Position numbers and translations under genes: made by a program. Shown piece after piece: positions 9,526 to 19,263 of a stretch of DNA of 64,000 nucleotides; position 1 is the stretch's first letter, and every line of letters begins with the position of its first letter. Source of the stretch: an uncultured delta proteobacterium (GTDB lineage Bacteria > Myxococcota_A > Polyangia > Polyangiales > Polyangiaceae); contig CAWKKR010000001.1 in the NCBI GenBank assembly GCA_963850305.1, forward strand, positions 576,001 to 640,000, written 5' to 3'. The notes beneath the pieces are model-generated. The model saw nothing but the letters and a program-made list of their open reading frames with translations, was not told the DNA's origin and ran no database searches.

Positions 9526-11091
9526 ATGAGCCTGCGCGACCTGAATCTTCCCTGGCTCGGCCCGGGTGCGCTCTCCATCATCGTCGCCACGCTGGCCGGA
9601 CTCGCGATCGGCTTTCTCATCGTCCCCCGAACGGCGTCGGCCGACGACGTGGACGCGGCGCCCCCGCGCGTGATGCTGCTCGGACAGCCGCTCGTTCTCG
9701 ACGACGGGGCCCCCGAGCGCGCGCTCGAGGCCGTGCGACGCCACGTGGCGGGCTCGTTCCACATCGAGCTCCCCGACGGCGCCGAGCAGCGACGGCTCAG
9801 CTTCGGACGGCTCGGCGCGCAGATCGACCGCGTGAGGCTCGCACGGCTCGTGCGCGACGCCCGCGACCCGACCTCACCCATGCGCCGCACGTACCGCGCG
9901 TCGGGCGCGTCCGGGGATCTGGTCCTGCCCGTGCCCATCGTGCTCGATACGGACCGCGCCGCCGAGACCATCCTGGGGTTGAAGGACGAGTTCGATCGAG
10001 CTCCCGAGGATGCGCGGCTCGACCTGGACAAGCGCGCGCTCATCACCGAGGTCGAAGGCCGTCGGCTCGATCTCGACGCGACGCTCGCGCGACTCGAGGA
10101 CACGCTCGAGGCGGGCAAGACATCGATGTCGCTGGTGTTCGCGTACCGAAAGCCGCGGCGCGTGGCGGCGCAGCTCGGCAAAGTCTCCGTCGACCATGTC
10201 CTCGGCTTCTTCGAGACGAACTACGACCGCTCGGCGAGGTCCGCGGCGCGGACGTACAACCTGCGCCTCGCCGCGTCGAAGCTCGACGGCACCGTGCTCC
10301 TCCCCGGCGAGACCTTCGACTTCAACGACGTCGTGGGTCCGCGGGACGAAGCGAACGGCTATCGCGTCGCAAAGGTCATCGCGGAGGGCGAGCTCGTGGA
10401 TGGCATCGGCGGTGGTACGTGCCAGATTTCGGGCACCCTGCACGGGGCTGCGTTCTTCGCGGGCCTCGACATCGTGGAGCGGTACCCCCACACGCGACCG
10501 AGCTCTTACATAAAGATGGGGCTCGACGCGACCGTCGTGTACCCGACCATCGACTTCAAGATCCGGAACCCCTTCGACTTCCCCGTCGTGCTGCATGAGA
10601 CGGTGAAGGACGGCACGGTGCGGGCGGAAATCCTGGGCGCGCGCGAACCGTACACGGTGACGTTCATTCGCCGGATCACCGACGCTTTACCCTTCGAGCA
10701 AACGGAGCGGCCCGACGATCGGCTGCCCAGGGGTATGCGTGTCTTGTCGCAGCGCGGCGTGCCTGGGTTCAAGCTCACGCGGTACCGGATTCTCCGCGAC
10801 GGCGATCACGCGGTGCGCGAAAAGTGGACGGATGTCTACCCGCCCACGCAGCAGATCGTCCGTATCGGCACCGGAACCATGCCGGAGGACAGCGTGAAGG
10901 CCGAGGACGACCCGCACCCGGAATACGTCGCGGACGAGCTGCTCGTCATGACCGAAGGCCCCGACGCACCGCAGGCAAAGGGCCATCCCGACGACCGCGT
11001 CTCAGAGGATCGCGAGCCCGGCAGGTTCGGCGACACCGGGTGGATGGCGAAGGCCGGGATGCCGGTGTGGAAGCCCAAACCCTCCGGTTAG
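9526..11091 (+). CDS. VanW-family protein with N-terminal TM segment and G5-like C-terminal part
   Basis: RTYNLRLAASKLDGTVLLPGETFDFNDVVGPR, GIGGGTCQISGTLH, ERYPH...SYIKMGLDATV are VanW motifs. Confidence 0.9.
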   Translation: MSLRDLNLPWLGPGALSIIVATLAGLAIGFLIVPRTASADDVDAAPPRVMLLGQPLVLDDGAPERALEAVRRHVAGSFHIELPDGAEQRRLSFGRLGAQIDRVRLARLVRDARDPTSPMRRTYRASGASGDLVLPVPIVLDTDRAAETILGLKDEFDRAPEDARLDLDKRALITEVEGRRLDLDATLARLEDTLEAGKTSMSLVFAYRKPRRVAAQLGKVSVDHVLGFFETNYDRSARSAARTYNLRLAASKLDGTVLLPGETFDFNDVVGPRDEANGYRVAKVIAEGELVDGIGGGTCQISGTLHGAAFFAGLDIVERYPHTRPSSYIKMGLDATVVYPTIDFKIRNPFDFPVVLHETVKDGTVRAEILGAREPYTVTFIRRITDALPFEQTERPDDRLPRGMRVLSQRGVPGFKLTRYRILRDGDHAVREKWTDVYPPTQQIVRIGTGTMPEDSVKAEDDPHPEYVADELLVMTEGPDAPQAKGHPDDRVSEDREPGRFGDTGWMAKAGMPVWKPKPSG

Positions 11092-11205
11092 AGCGCCTCC
11101 GAGCAAATAATCTGCCTGACAGGAGCCCACACCGGGGACTATCGTTGGCGATTCTGATTGATCTCGCGGGCGGTCCGGGTCCCCGAAAAAGAAAGCCTCG
11201 CCACC

Positions 11206-12735
11206 ATGAAGCTTCGATTCGACGCACATCTTCATTCTCTCTTCCTCTTCTCATCGGCGCTCGCGCTATCCGCCTGCGGCGGCCAAACGGGCTTTGCCGG
11301 CGTGGACAAGGCCGAGCCCGATGGAGGCGTCGTCCTGAGCGACGGCGGGATCTCGACGCTGCCGGGGCATAATTGCACCAGCGGCGGCGAGTTTAGCTGC
11401 CCCGACGGCGGCGGGACCCAGGACGGGGGCACCGGCGGGCAGCTCGGTGGGACAGCGGGCGGCAATCTCGGCGGTCTCCTCGGCGGCAATCTCGGCGGTT
11501 TCTTCGGCGGGACGGCGGGCGGCAATGCCGGCGGAAACGCGGGCGGAACGGCAGGCGGAACTGCGGGCGGCACTGCCGGCGGTCTCCTCGGCGGCAATGC
11601 CGGCGGAACGGCAGGCGGAAGGGCAGGCGGAACTGCGGGCGGCACTGCCGGCGGTCTCCTCGGCGGGCTCTTCGGCGGCACTGCCGGCGGAACGGCAGGC
11701 GGAACCGCGGGCGGCACTGCCGGCGGTCTCCTCGGCGGGCTCTTCGGCGGCACTGCCGGCGGAACGGCAGGCGGAACCGCGGGCGGCACTGCCGGCGGTC
11801 TCCTCGGCGGGCTCTTCGGCGGCACTGCCGGCGGAACGGCAGGCGGAACCGCGGGCGGCACTGCCGGCGGTCTCCTCGGCGGGCTCTTCGGCGGCACTGC
11901 CGGCGGAACGGCAGGCGGAACCGCGGGCGGCACTGCCGGCGGTCTCCTCGGCGGGCTCTTCGGCGGCACTGCCGGCGGAACGGCAGGCGGAACGGCAGGC
12001 GGACTCCTCGGGGGTTTGCTCGGTGGTAACGCGGGCGGGGCCACCGGTGGCATTTTCGGCGGCGGCAACGCGGGCGGCGCGGCGGGCGGGCTCCTCGGCG
12101 GCGGGCTCCTCGGCGGCGGCAATGCAGGCGGCGCGGCGGGTGGGCTCCTCGGCGGCGGGCTCCTGGGCGGCGGCAATGCAGGCGGCGCGGCGGGTGGGCT
12201 CTTCGGCGGCGGTAACGCGGGCGGCGCCGCAGGTGGGCTCCTCGGCGGCGGCGCGGGCGGCGCAGCGGGTGGAGCGGCAGGTGGAGCCACGGGCGGGCTC
12301 TTCGGCGGTGGCTTCCTCGGCGGTGGCGCGGCGGGTGGCGGACTGCTCGGCGGTGGCGCAGCGGGTGGCGGACTGCTCGGCGGCGGCGCAGCGGGTGGCG
12401 GACTGCTCGGCGGCGGCGCAGCGGGTGGCGGACTGCTCGGCGGTGGCGCAGCGGGTGGCGCGGCAGGCGGCGGAATCTTCGGCGGCGGCGCAGCGGGCGG
12501 CGCGGCAGGCGGCGGAATCTTCGGCGGCGGCGCAGCGGGCGGCGCGGCAGGCGGCGGAATCTTCGGCGGCGGCGCAGCGGGTGGCGGACTCGGCGGCGGC
12601 GCAGCGGGTGGCGGACTCGGCGGCGGCGCAGCGGGTGGCGGACTCGGCGGCGGCGCAGCGGGTGGCGGACTCGGCGGCGGCGCCGCAGGTGGCAATGCGG
12701 GTGGTCGGGCCGGCGGCGGAGCAACACCGGGCTGA
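11206..12735 (+). CDS. Extremely Gly-rich repetitive lipoprotein (GGxx repeats)
   Basis: Signal peptide with lipobox LSAC, then over 400 residues of GGTA/GGLL/GGLF/GGAA repeats. Confidence 0.8.
   Translation: MKLRFDAHLHSLFLFSSALALSACGGQTGFAGVDKAEPDGGVVLSDGGISTLPGHNCTSGGEFSCPDGGGTQDGGTGGQLGGTAGGNLGGLLGGNLGGFFGGTAGGNAGGNAGGTAGGTAGGTAGGLLGGNAGGTAGGRAGGTAGGTAGGLLGGLFGGTAGGTAGGTAGGTAGGLLGGLFGGTAGGTAGGTAGGTAGGLLGGLFGGTAGGTAGGTAGGTAGGLLGGLFGGTAGGTAGGTAGGTAGGLLGGLFGGTAGGTAGGTAGGLLGGLLGGNAGGATGGIFGGGNAGGAAGGLLGGGLLGGGNAGGAAGGLLGGGLLGGGNAGGAAGGLFGGGNAGGAAGGLLGGGAGGAAGGAAGGATGGLFGGGFLGGGAAGGGLLGGGAAGGGLLGGGAAGGGLLGGGAAGGGLLGGGAAGGAAGGGIFGGGAAGGAAGGGIFGGGAAGGAAGGGIFGGGAAGGGLGGGAAGGGLGGGAAGGGLGGGAAGGGLGGGAAGGNAGGRAGGGATPG
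11641..12000 (+). repeat. 72-bp tandem coding repeat, about 5 copies (GTAGGLLGGLFGGTAGGTAGGTAG)
   Basis: Unit starts at 11641, 11713, 11785, 11857, 11929. Confidence 0.9.
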
Positions 12736-12985
12736 GCGTCCTGGGTCGTGCTTCCTCATGAGTAAAGTCCGTGGAGCAACAATGCTTCCACTGGCGGGGC
12801 GCCTGACGTAATGTCGCCGCCGCCCATGATGTCGTCGGCGCGCTGGCGGAAGCCCGGTTGCGGCGATCGGCGGGTGCAAAGGCACAGGCGCACGTTTTGA
12901 GACTGCGTCGCTAGTGGGAGAAAGCTCCCAGCGTCCGAGGGTTCGTCGCTCAATCGAAATGGCCGTTTGATCCGGAAGGGAATCG

Positions 12986-15262
12986 ATGTCGTTCAGGAAT
13001 CGTTCCGTGCTGTTCACCGCCGCGATCGGCTTGCACATGGGCTCCGCATTCGCCCAAACGGCGAGCGCCACCGCACCCCCGGTCCCCGCCCCGTCGAGTC
13101 CCCCGTCTGCTGCGCCTGCCCAGCCTGCAGCGGCGGCAGTGGCGCCCGTCGCTCCCGCGCCGGTTGCCCCTGCGAGCGACACGGACGCGAGCGACGTCGC
13201 CGCGGCACCGGCAGATGACGCCGAAGAGCCCGTCGGCAGCCCGCGCGCGCTGGAGGCCGAGAACACCATGAACGGCGTGACCGGGTTGCTTCGAACCATC
13301 TCGGCGGACTCGGGCGCCGCGGGGACGTTCCGCTTCTCCGTTCTCGGGAGCTACTACACGGGCTCTGGATTTCTGTGCGGGCTCTGCTCGACCGCGACGG
13401 GACAGGTGTTGCAGAAGAAGGACGACCAGGTCCGTCAGATTGGTACCCGGATCGGACTCTCGGCGACGCCCGTGGACTTCCTCGAGGCGTACGCGTCCAT
13501 GCGGTTCCAGTCCACCTCGGATAATCTCGGTGATCCGACCTCGATCGAGATCGTCGGAGATACGACGCTCGGCTTGAAGGCGTTCATGCCGGCGAAGCCG
13601 GACCGGATTCTGTCATTCGGCGGCGGCGCGGATTTGCTCTTCCTGAGCAACCCTGGAGGCGTCGGGCTCGATGCGGCGAGCGTCGGACTCCACGCCCTCG
13701 GTACGGCTGACTTCACGCGGCAGAAGAAGGAAGCGCGCGTTCCCATCCGCCTTCACCTGAACGCCGGCTACGAGTTCGACGGATCGGGAAACCTCGCGGA
13801 CAGTATCGAGCAGAGCCGCGCGAACACGCTCGGTGACAGGCCGCGCATCACGCGCATCGAGCGCTTCGGTCACGACATCAACCGCGTCGACAACTTCAAC
13901 ATCGCCCTCGGCGTCGAGGGCGCGTTCCCGTGGGTGCGTCCGTTTGCCGAATGGTCGATCGACTTGCCGGTCAATCGCCAGGGATACGACTGCGGCAACA
14001 GCACCAATCGCACCGCGGGCGACGGATGTCTCGCCAACGCAGGCTTTTCGGCCATGCCTTCGCGTCTCACCATCGGCGCAAGGATCTTCCCGTGGCTCAG
14101 CGACTGGATGAATGGTCTCGCGTTTCTCGCCGCGGTCGACGTTGGCACGGGCGCCACGTCCAACTTCGTCGAGGAAGTCGCGCCGGAGCTGCCGTGGGCG
14201 ATCCACATCGGCGTCGCGTACGCCGCAGACACGGCCCCACGCGCCAAAGCGACGGTCGTCGAGAAGGTCGTCGAAGTGCCGGCTGCTGCGCCGGTCGAGC
14301 ACTACATTGAGGGGACCATCACGCGACCGAACAAGGGTGAGCCCGTGCCGGACGCCATCGTCCACTACGTGGGGCGCTCGTACACGGGCATGGTCACGGA
14401 CGAGCAGGGGCTCTTCCGCACCAGGGACCTCGCGCCGGGCGACTACCACTTCACGGTCTCGTCACCGGACTCGAAGGACACGGACTGTGCGGCGACTATC
14501 CCGCCCGATGCACCGCCTCAACCCGCCGCCCCCGCAAGGCCAGGGGTACCCGCGGCGCCTCTGCCGCCGCCTCCCGCCACGCCGCTCCCCGTCGTCGTCC
14601 GCGTGACGTGCGAGCTCGAAGCGCTGCCGCGCACCGCGACGATCACCGGCGTCCTCCGCGACGGGGAAACGACGGCACCGGTCGAGAACGGCACGGTCAC
14701 GATCACCGATCCGCTCGGCCGCCAGCTCTCGCTCAAGACGGACGCGGACGGCGCGTTCCGCTTCGGCAACGTCCAGGCCGGAACATCGAAGATCACCGCG
14801 GTAGCCGACGGCTATCTCCACGCGGCCACCCAGGTCACGCTCGAGCCGCGCAAGGACGTGTCGACGGATATCTCGATTTACAAGAAGCCCGTCCTTTCGA
14901 ACGTCGTGGTGACCAAGAAGGAGCTCAAGCTGAAGAAGGAGGTCCACTTCCTTCATGGTTCGGCGGAGGTCCTACCGGACTCGATGGCCATCCTCGAAGA
15001 GGCTGCTGATGTCATCAACGAGCATCCGGAGCTCGGCACGATCGAGATCCAGGGCCACACGGACGACACGGGCACTCCGGAAGGAAACCTGACGCTCAGC
15101 GCCGACCGGGCGAACGCCGTGCGCGATGTCTTCGTGGCCAACGGCGTCGACCCGGGTCGGCTCACGACGCACGGTTACGGGCAGGAGAAGCCCCTGGTCC
15201 CCAACACCTCGGCGAAAAACCGGGCGAAGAACCGTCGCGTGCAGCTCGTGATCGTCAAATAG
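12986..15262 (+). CDS. OmpA-family outer-membrane protein: putative N-terminal beta-barrel, two carboxypeptidase-regulatory-like beta domains, OmpA C-terminal domain
   Basis: Signal peptide (SAFA|Q), alternating beta-strand region, two repeats of the ...TDxxGxF... type, C-terminal IEIQGHTD...LSADRANAV...GYGQEKP...NRRVQL. Confidence 0.88.
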   Translation: MSFRNRSVLFTAAIGLHMGSAFAQTASATAPPVPAPSSPPSAAPAQPAAAAVAPVAPAPVAPASDTDASDVAAAPADDAEEPVGSPRALEAENTMNGVTGLLRTISADSGAAGTFRFSVLGSYYTGSGFLCGLCSTATGQVLQKKDDQVRQIGTRIGLSATPVDFLEAYASMRFQSTSDNLGDPTSIEIVGDTTLGLKAFMPAKPDRILSFGGGADLLFLSNPGGVGLDAASVGLHALGTADFTRQKKEARVPIRLHLNAGYEFDGSGNLADSIEQSRANTLGDRPRITRIERFGHDINRVDNFNIALGVEGAFPWVRPFAEWSIDLPVNRQGYDCGNSTNRTAGDGCLANAGFSAMPSRLTIGARIFPWLSDWMNGLAFLAAVDVGTGATSNFVEEVAPELPWAIHIGVAYAADTAPRAKATVVEKVVEVPAAAPVEHYIEGTITRPNKGEPVPDAIVHYVGRSYTGMVTDEQGLFRTRDLAPGDYHFTVSSPDSKDTDCAATIPPDAPPQPAAPARPGVPAAPLPPPPATPLPVVVRVTCELEALPRTATITGVLRDGETTAPVENGTVTITDPLGRQLSLKTDADGAFRFGNVQAGTSKITAVADGYLHAATQVTLEPRKDVSTDISIYKKPVLSNVVVTKKELKLKKEVHFLHGSAEVLPDSMAILEEAADVINEHPELGTIEIQGHTDDTGTPEGNLTLSADRANAVRDVFVANGVDPGRLTTHGYGQEKPLVPNTSAKNRAKNRRVQLVIVK

Positions 15263-15324
15263 GCTCGGTGGCAGCCAACACGGGCGTCTTGCTCAATGCC
15301 CGACCTTGATTTAGCCTCGCCGCG

Positions 15325-15645
15325 ATGAAAACGAGTCGCGGGTTGATGGGTGCGGCGCTGTTCGTTAGCTTGGCGGCGCTCGGCGGCTGCGGGGGCTCCG
15401 GGGAATACCGAATTCCGGACGTGGCGCCTGTCGTGATGCAGAAGCCCGACGACAACCTGCTGGAAGACATCGAGGGGGACGACACGTCGACCACACCCAC
15501 AGCACCCGCGACGTCAGCAGCACCCGCGACGTCAGCAGCACCCGCGACGTCAGCGCCGCCCGCGCCAGCACCCGAGACGGCAGCGCCGCCCGCGGCGAAG
15601 CCATCGAAGACGAAGTCCTACAAGACGAAGCCGTCCAAGAAGTAA
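15325..15645 (+). CDS. Small lipoprotein with Pro/Ala/Thr linker and Lys-rich tail
   Basis: Lipobox LGGC. Three 18-bp repeats (APATSA) at 15501-15554. Confidence 0.75.
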   Translation: MKTSRGLMGAALFVSLAALGGCGGSGEYRIPDVAPVVMQKPDDNLLEDIEGDDTSTTPTAPATSAAPATSAAPATSAPPAPAPETAAPPAAKPSKTKSYKTKPSKK

Positions 15646-15663
15646 TTCTTCGCGCGATCCGAG

Positions 15664-16692
15664 ATGCAGGCGGTCGTTCTCCCGCGGACCGGCGGGCCCG
15701 AGCTGTTCGAGTTCCGCGAAGTGCCGGATCCGGTGCCGGAACCCGACGACGTGATCGTCCGGGTGCGCGCCGAAGGCGTGTGCGGGCGCGATCCGATCGA
15801 CCGGCGCGGTGGCTTTCCGGCAATGAGGCTCCCGGCGATCCTCGGGCACGAGTTCGCGGGAGAGATCATCGCCGTCGGGGCGCGCGTCTCTCGCTTCAGC
15901 GTGGGCGAGCGCGTAGCCAACCTTCACCGGCCCTATTGCGGGGACTGCGCGCGATGTCAGGAGGGAGAAACCCCGGATTGCACGGAGAGCTGGCAGAGCT
16001 ACGGGCATACCGTGGACGGCGGTTACGCCGAACTCGTTCGCGCTCACCATCGCTCGCTCGTGCGCATTCCCGAAGGCGTCGATTTCGTCTCGGCCGCGCC
16101 GGCAGGATGTACCGCGGCCGTTTCACTGCGCGCACTCCGTCATGAGGCGGGGCTCTCCCTCGGTGAAACGGTTCTCATCACCGGCGCGAGCGGCGGCGTC
16201 GGGATGGCGGCGATCCAGATCGCGAAGCATCTCGGCGCGACGGTCATCGCCGCCACGTCGTCGCCCGAAGCGAAGGGCGACGCCCTTCGACGGATCGGTG
16301 CGGACTACGTCGTTTCGAGCGCCGATCCCCGATTCTTCGACGCGGTTCGCGGCGTCGTCAAAGGCGGTGTCGATGTCGCCCTCGAGCTCACCGGTAGCGC
16401 GACGTTCTCCGGTGCCCTGCGGAGCTTGCGCACGCGAGGTCGCCTCATCGTCGTGGGGAACATCGAGACCGCGAAGGTCGCGCTGAACCCGGGGGCGCTC
16501 ATCCTCTACAGCCAGCGCCTCTCGGGCAGCCACGGCTACACGCCACGGGATCTGACCGACTGTTTCACGCTCATGGCGGCAGGAAAGCTCCGAACGGTGG
16601 TCGACCGAACGCTCGCTCTAGCAAACGCGGCAGACGCACATCGCCTTCTCGCCGAGCGCAGCATCATGGGCCGCATCGTCTTGATTCCTTAG
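15664..16692 (+). CDS. Zinc-dependent medium-chain alcohol dehydrogenase/reductase
   Basis: GVCGRD, ILGHEFAG, structural-Zn CGDCARC...C, ITGASGGVG. Confidence 0.93.
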   Translation: MQAVVLPRTGGPELFEFREVPDPVPEPDDVIVRVRAEGVCGRDPIDRRGGFPAMRLPAILGHEFAGEIIAVGARVSRFSVGERVANLHRPYCGDCARCQEGETPDCTESWQSYGHTVDGGYAELVRAHHRSLVRIPEGVDFVSAAPAGCTAAVSLRALRHEAGLSLGETVLITGASGGVGMAAIQIAKHLGATVIAATSSPEAKGDALRRIGADYVVSSADPRFFDAVRGVVKGGVDVALELTGSATFSGALRSLRTRGRLIVVGNIETAKVALNPGALILYSQRLSGSHGYTPRDLTDCFTLMAAGKLRTVVDRTLALANAADAHRLLAERSIMGRIVLIP

Positions 16693-16821
16693 TTGCTTCC
16701 CGTGATTGTGAGAGGGGGTTTGAGCGGATTTCGATACACCGCGAGGCACACTTTTTTGCTCCATGACCTTGACGGCCCGGGTCGGCCGTTAAACATAGAC
16801 AGCGAAACGTACGGCTGACCC

Positions 16822-17565
16822 ATGACGACAGGGTCGTCCGATTTGCCGATCGCTCCCAACCCCCCCCGAGGCGAAATGTCCGCAGAACCCGCAGCGAACC
16901 AGACCTTCGAACCCGAGGGCCATCCAATGGATTCCGTCACTCCGCGCGCGGTGGACTGGAACAACCCGCGAGTGGCCGCCATCCTGAACGCGGCCGCGAA
17001 GTGCTTCGCAAGGAAAGGGTTCAGCTCGACCACCCTTGCCGAAATCGGCAAGGAGCTCGGGCTCCGGAAGAGCATCGTCCACTACTACTTCGCGAGCAAG
17101 GCGGCGCTCATCCACGAGGTGCAGAGCTTCACGTACAACAAGTACCTGGAGAAGGTGCACGAGGTGCTCGCCACCAGCGGCGAGAAGAGCCAGGGCGGCC
17201 GGGCGATGGACGCGCTGAAATCACTCTGGGAGGTTCGCTCGTCCACCAACGTCGGGTTGAACATCGAGGTGTGGAGTGCGTCCCGGAACGACCCTGAACT
17301 CCGTCGGCGCGCCGCAGCGCTTCTCGGCGAGAAGCGGCGTCTCGTCGCGGAGGGGATCACCGCAGCCCTCGGCCAGGAGGCGATCAAGGACGTCCGGACC
17401 GAAGCCCTCTCGACGCTGATCCTCGCCGTGCTCGATGGGCTCAGCGTCGCATCGTACATCGAGGACGAGAACGCGAAGACCGATGACGCCTATCGTTTGT
17501 TCCTCTACCTGCTCAGGCTCGGAGTGGAACAACTCGACGGGCAGCGCGCCGCCGAGACCGCCTGA
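16822..17565 (+). CDS. TetR/AcrR-family regulator (start may be downstream)
   Basis: AILNAAAKCFARKGFSSTTLAEIGKELGLRKSIVHYYFASKAAL HTH. Confidence 0.92.
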   Translation: MTTGSSDLPIAPNPPRGEMSAEPAANQTFEPEGHPMDSVTPRAVDWNNPRVAAILNAAAKCFARKGFSSTTLAEIGKELGLRKSIVHYYFASKAALIHEVQSFTYNKYLEKVHEVLATSGEKSQGGRAMDALKSLWEVRSSTNVGLNIEVWSASRNDPELRRRAAALLGEKRRLVAEGITAALGQEAIKDVRTEALSTLILAVLDGLSVASYIEDENAKTDDAYRLFLYLLRLGVEQLDGQRAAETA

Positions 17566-17601
17566 AGCGCGACGGAAAACTCGGGCGTCACAGGTGACGA
17601 G

Positions 17602-18585
17602 CTGACTTCCGTCTTCTCCGCGATCGAGGGACAAGGTCCGGCCATCGAGACGCTGACCGCAGCCCTCGGTCGCGGACGCGTTCACCATGCCTACCGGTTC
17701 GAAGGGCCGAACGGGGTGGGCAAAGAGATGGCGGCGTTTGCGCTCGCCCAGTCGCTCCTCTGCGAACGTGGCGGGCCGCTCGGCTGCGGCGACTGCAAGG
17801 CATGCCGCCGCGCCGTGCGCATCGCGGAGGAGGATCCACACGTGCCCCAGCACCCCGACGTCGTGCTGGTCGGACGGGGGCTCTACCCGCCGTCGGCACT
17901 CGGTACCCAGACGCGAGAAGCCTCGGCGATCGGCGTCGAGCAAATCCGCCGCGTGGTGCTCGCTCGCGCGGGATACTCGCCACACGAGGCACGGTTCCTG
18001 GTGTTCATCGTGAGGGGCGCTCACGAGCTCACGGAACAGGCGGCGAACGCTCTCTTGAAGACCCTGGAGGAGCCCGCGCCCCACGTGCGCTTCGTCCTGC
18101 TCACGAGCGAGCCGAACCGATTGCTCGACACCATCCGCTCCCGGACCCTGGCCGTCCGTTTCGGCGCACTACCGGACGACGTCGTGGAACGCATCCTGGC
18201 TCGCCACGGCAAGCCTGCGACACACGCGCGCCTTGCAGGCGGAAGCGCGGCGCTCGCCCTCGCGCTCGCCGACGAAGATACCGCCCAGGCCCAGGCAGAT
18301 TTCATCCGCGGCGCGATGGAGGCGACTGCCGCGCCGGAGCTGGACGCCGCCATCGTCTTCGCGGGCACACGTCCGGACGACCGCGACGCTCTGAAGCAAA
18401 ACTTGACTCAGCTTTCGCAGGCCCTGGCGCTCGAGGCGCGCGACGCCGTCGCGAAGGACGCCGCGCGCGCCGAGAGGGCGGCGCGCCGCTACGTCACCGT
18501 ACTCGAAGCCGTCCGCGCCGTGGAACGGAATGCCCAGCCGGCGCTCGTCCTCGAGGCCATGGTCGCGCGACTTCGAAGTGTGTGA
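17602..18585 (+). CDS. holB: DNA polymerase III subunit delta prime; probable CTG start
   Basis: The frame upstream of the listed GTG encodes FSAIEGQGPAIETL...RVHHAYRFEGPNGVGK. Also Zn module CGDCKAC, HPDV, AANALLKTLEEP, LLDTIRSR. Confidence 0.9.
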   Translation: MTSVFSAIEGQGPAIETLTAALGRGRVHHAYRFEGPNGVGKEMAAFALAQSLLCERGGPLGCGDCKACRRAVRIAEEDPHVPQHPDVVLVGRGLYPPSALGTQTREASAIGVEQIRRVVLARAGYSPHEARFLVFIVRGAHELTEQAANALLKTLEEPAPHVRFVLLTSEPNRLLDTIRSRTLAVRFGALPDDVVERILARHGKPATHARLAGGSAALALALADEDTAQAQADFIRGAMEATAAPELDAAIVFAGTRPDDRDALKQNLTQLSQALALEARDAVAKDAARAERAARRYVTVLEAVRAVERNAQPALVLEAMVARLRSV

Positions 18586-18591
18586 TCCCCT

Positions 18592-19221
18592 TCACCCCCC
18601 GAGCAAGCGATGGAGCTCCGCTGCACGTCGCGTGACGCCATCGATACCGTCGCCGGGCAAGAGCCCTCGAATGACCGCTCCCATTTCGGCGCGGGCCGCA
18701 ATCGAGGCCCCATTCGCCACGTCGATGCCGCCTATGGCGACCAGCGGCACCCCGGCACGCCGGCAGAGCTCGTGCGCCCGTGCCAGCTCCTCGAGACCCG
18801 TGGTTGGGCTGGGGCGCTCCTTCGATGCCGTGGCGAACACGGGGCCGAAGGCTACGTAATCCGGGCGCGCCGCAATCGCTTCACGAAGCTGAGCCTCGTC
18901 GTGCGTCGAGATCCCGACGCGGAGGTCGGGGGCGAATCGACGGGCGTCGCCGAGCGTTAGGTCTTCCTGCCCGACGTGAACTCCCTGACATCCTGCGAGA
19001 ACGGCCAGATCCGGCCGATCGTTGGCGAACAACGGCACTGCCCCGGCGAAGGCTCGGATGGCGCGGAGCCACGCCAGAACCGAGCGTGGGCTCGCATTCT
19101 TCGCGCGGAGCTGGACGAAAGCCGGCCCCGCGGAGACGACACGCTCGGCGAACGGCAAGAGGGAAATCCCGGCGCTCTCGAGGAAGTCCGCATCGACGAT
19201 GGCGTAAAGACCGCGCTTCAC
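18592..19221 (-). CDS. thiE: Thiamine phosphate synthase
   Basis: LYAIVD, VQLRAK, ANDRPDLA, GVHVGQED, GISTH, YVAFGPVFATASK, VAIGGI. Confidence 0.95.
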   Translation of the reverse strand: MKRGLYAIVDADFLESAGISLLPFAERVVSAGPAFVQLRAKNASPRSVLAWLRAIRAFAGAVPLFANDRPDLAVLAGCQGVHVGQEDLTLGDARRFAPDLRVGISTHDEAQLREAIAARPDYVAFGPVFATASKERPSPTTGLEELARAHELCRRAGVPLVAIGGIDVANGASIAARAEMGAVIRGLLPGDGIDGVTRRAAELHRLLGG

Positions 19222-19263
19222 GTCGGTTGCGGCCCCTCGCCAGGATGGGATATTGCTGCGCGC

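Noticed and set aside
9423..10181. N-terminal extension of UvrC in the ORF track
   Set aside because: Overlaps vanW on the other strand. Homology and an RBS point to GTG 9422.
11232..13299. Pro-rich and Arg-rich antisense ORFs (PPAAPPP, RRRR)
   Set aside because: Shadows of the GGC-rich plus-strand gene, which has the signal peptide and lipobox.
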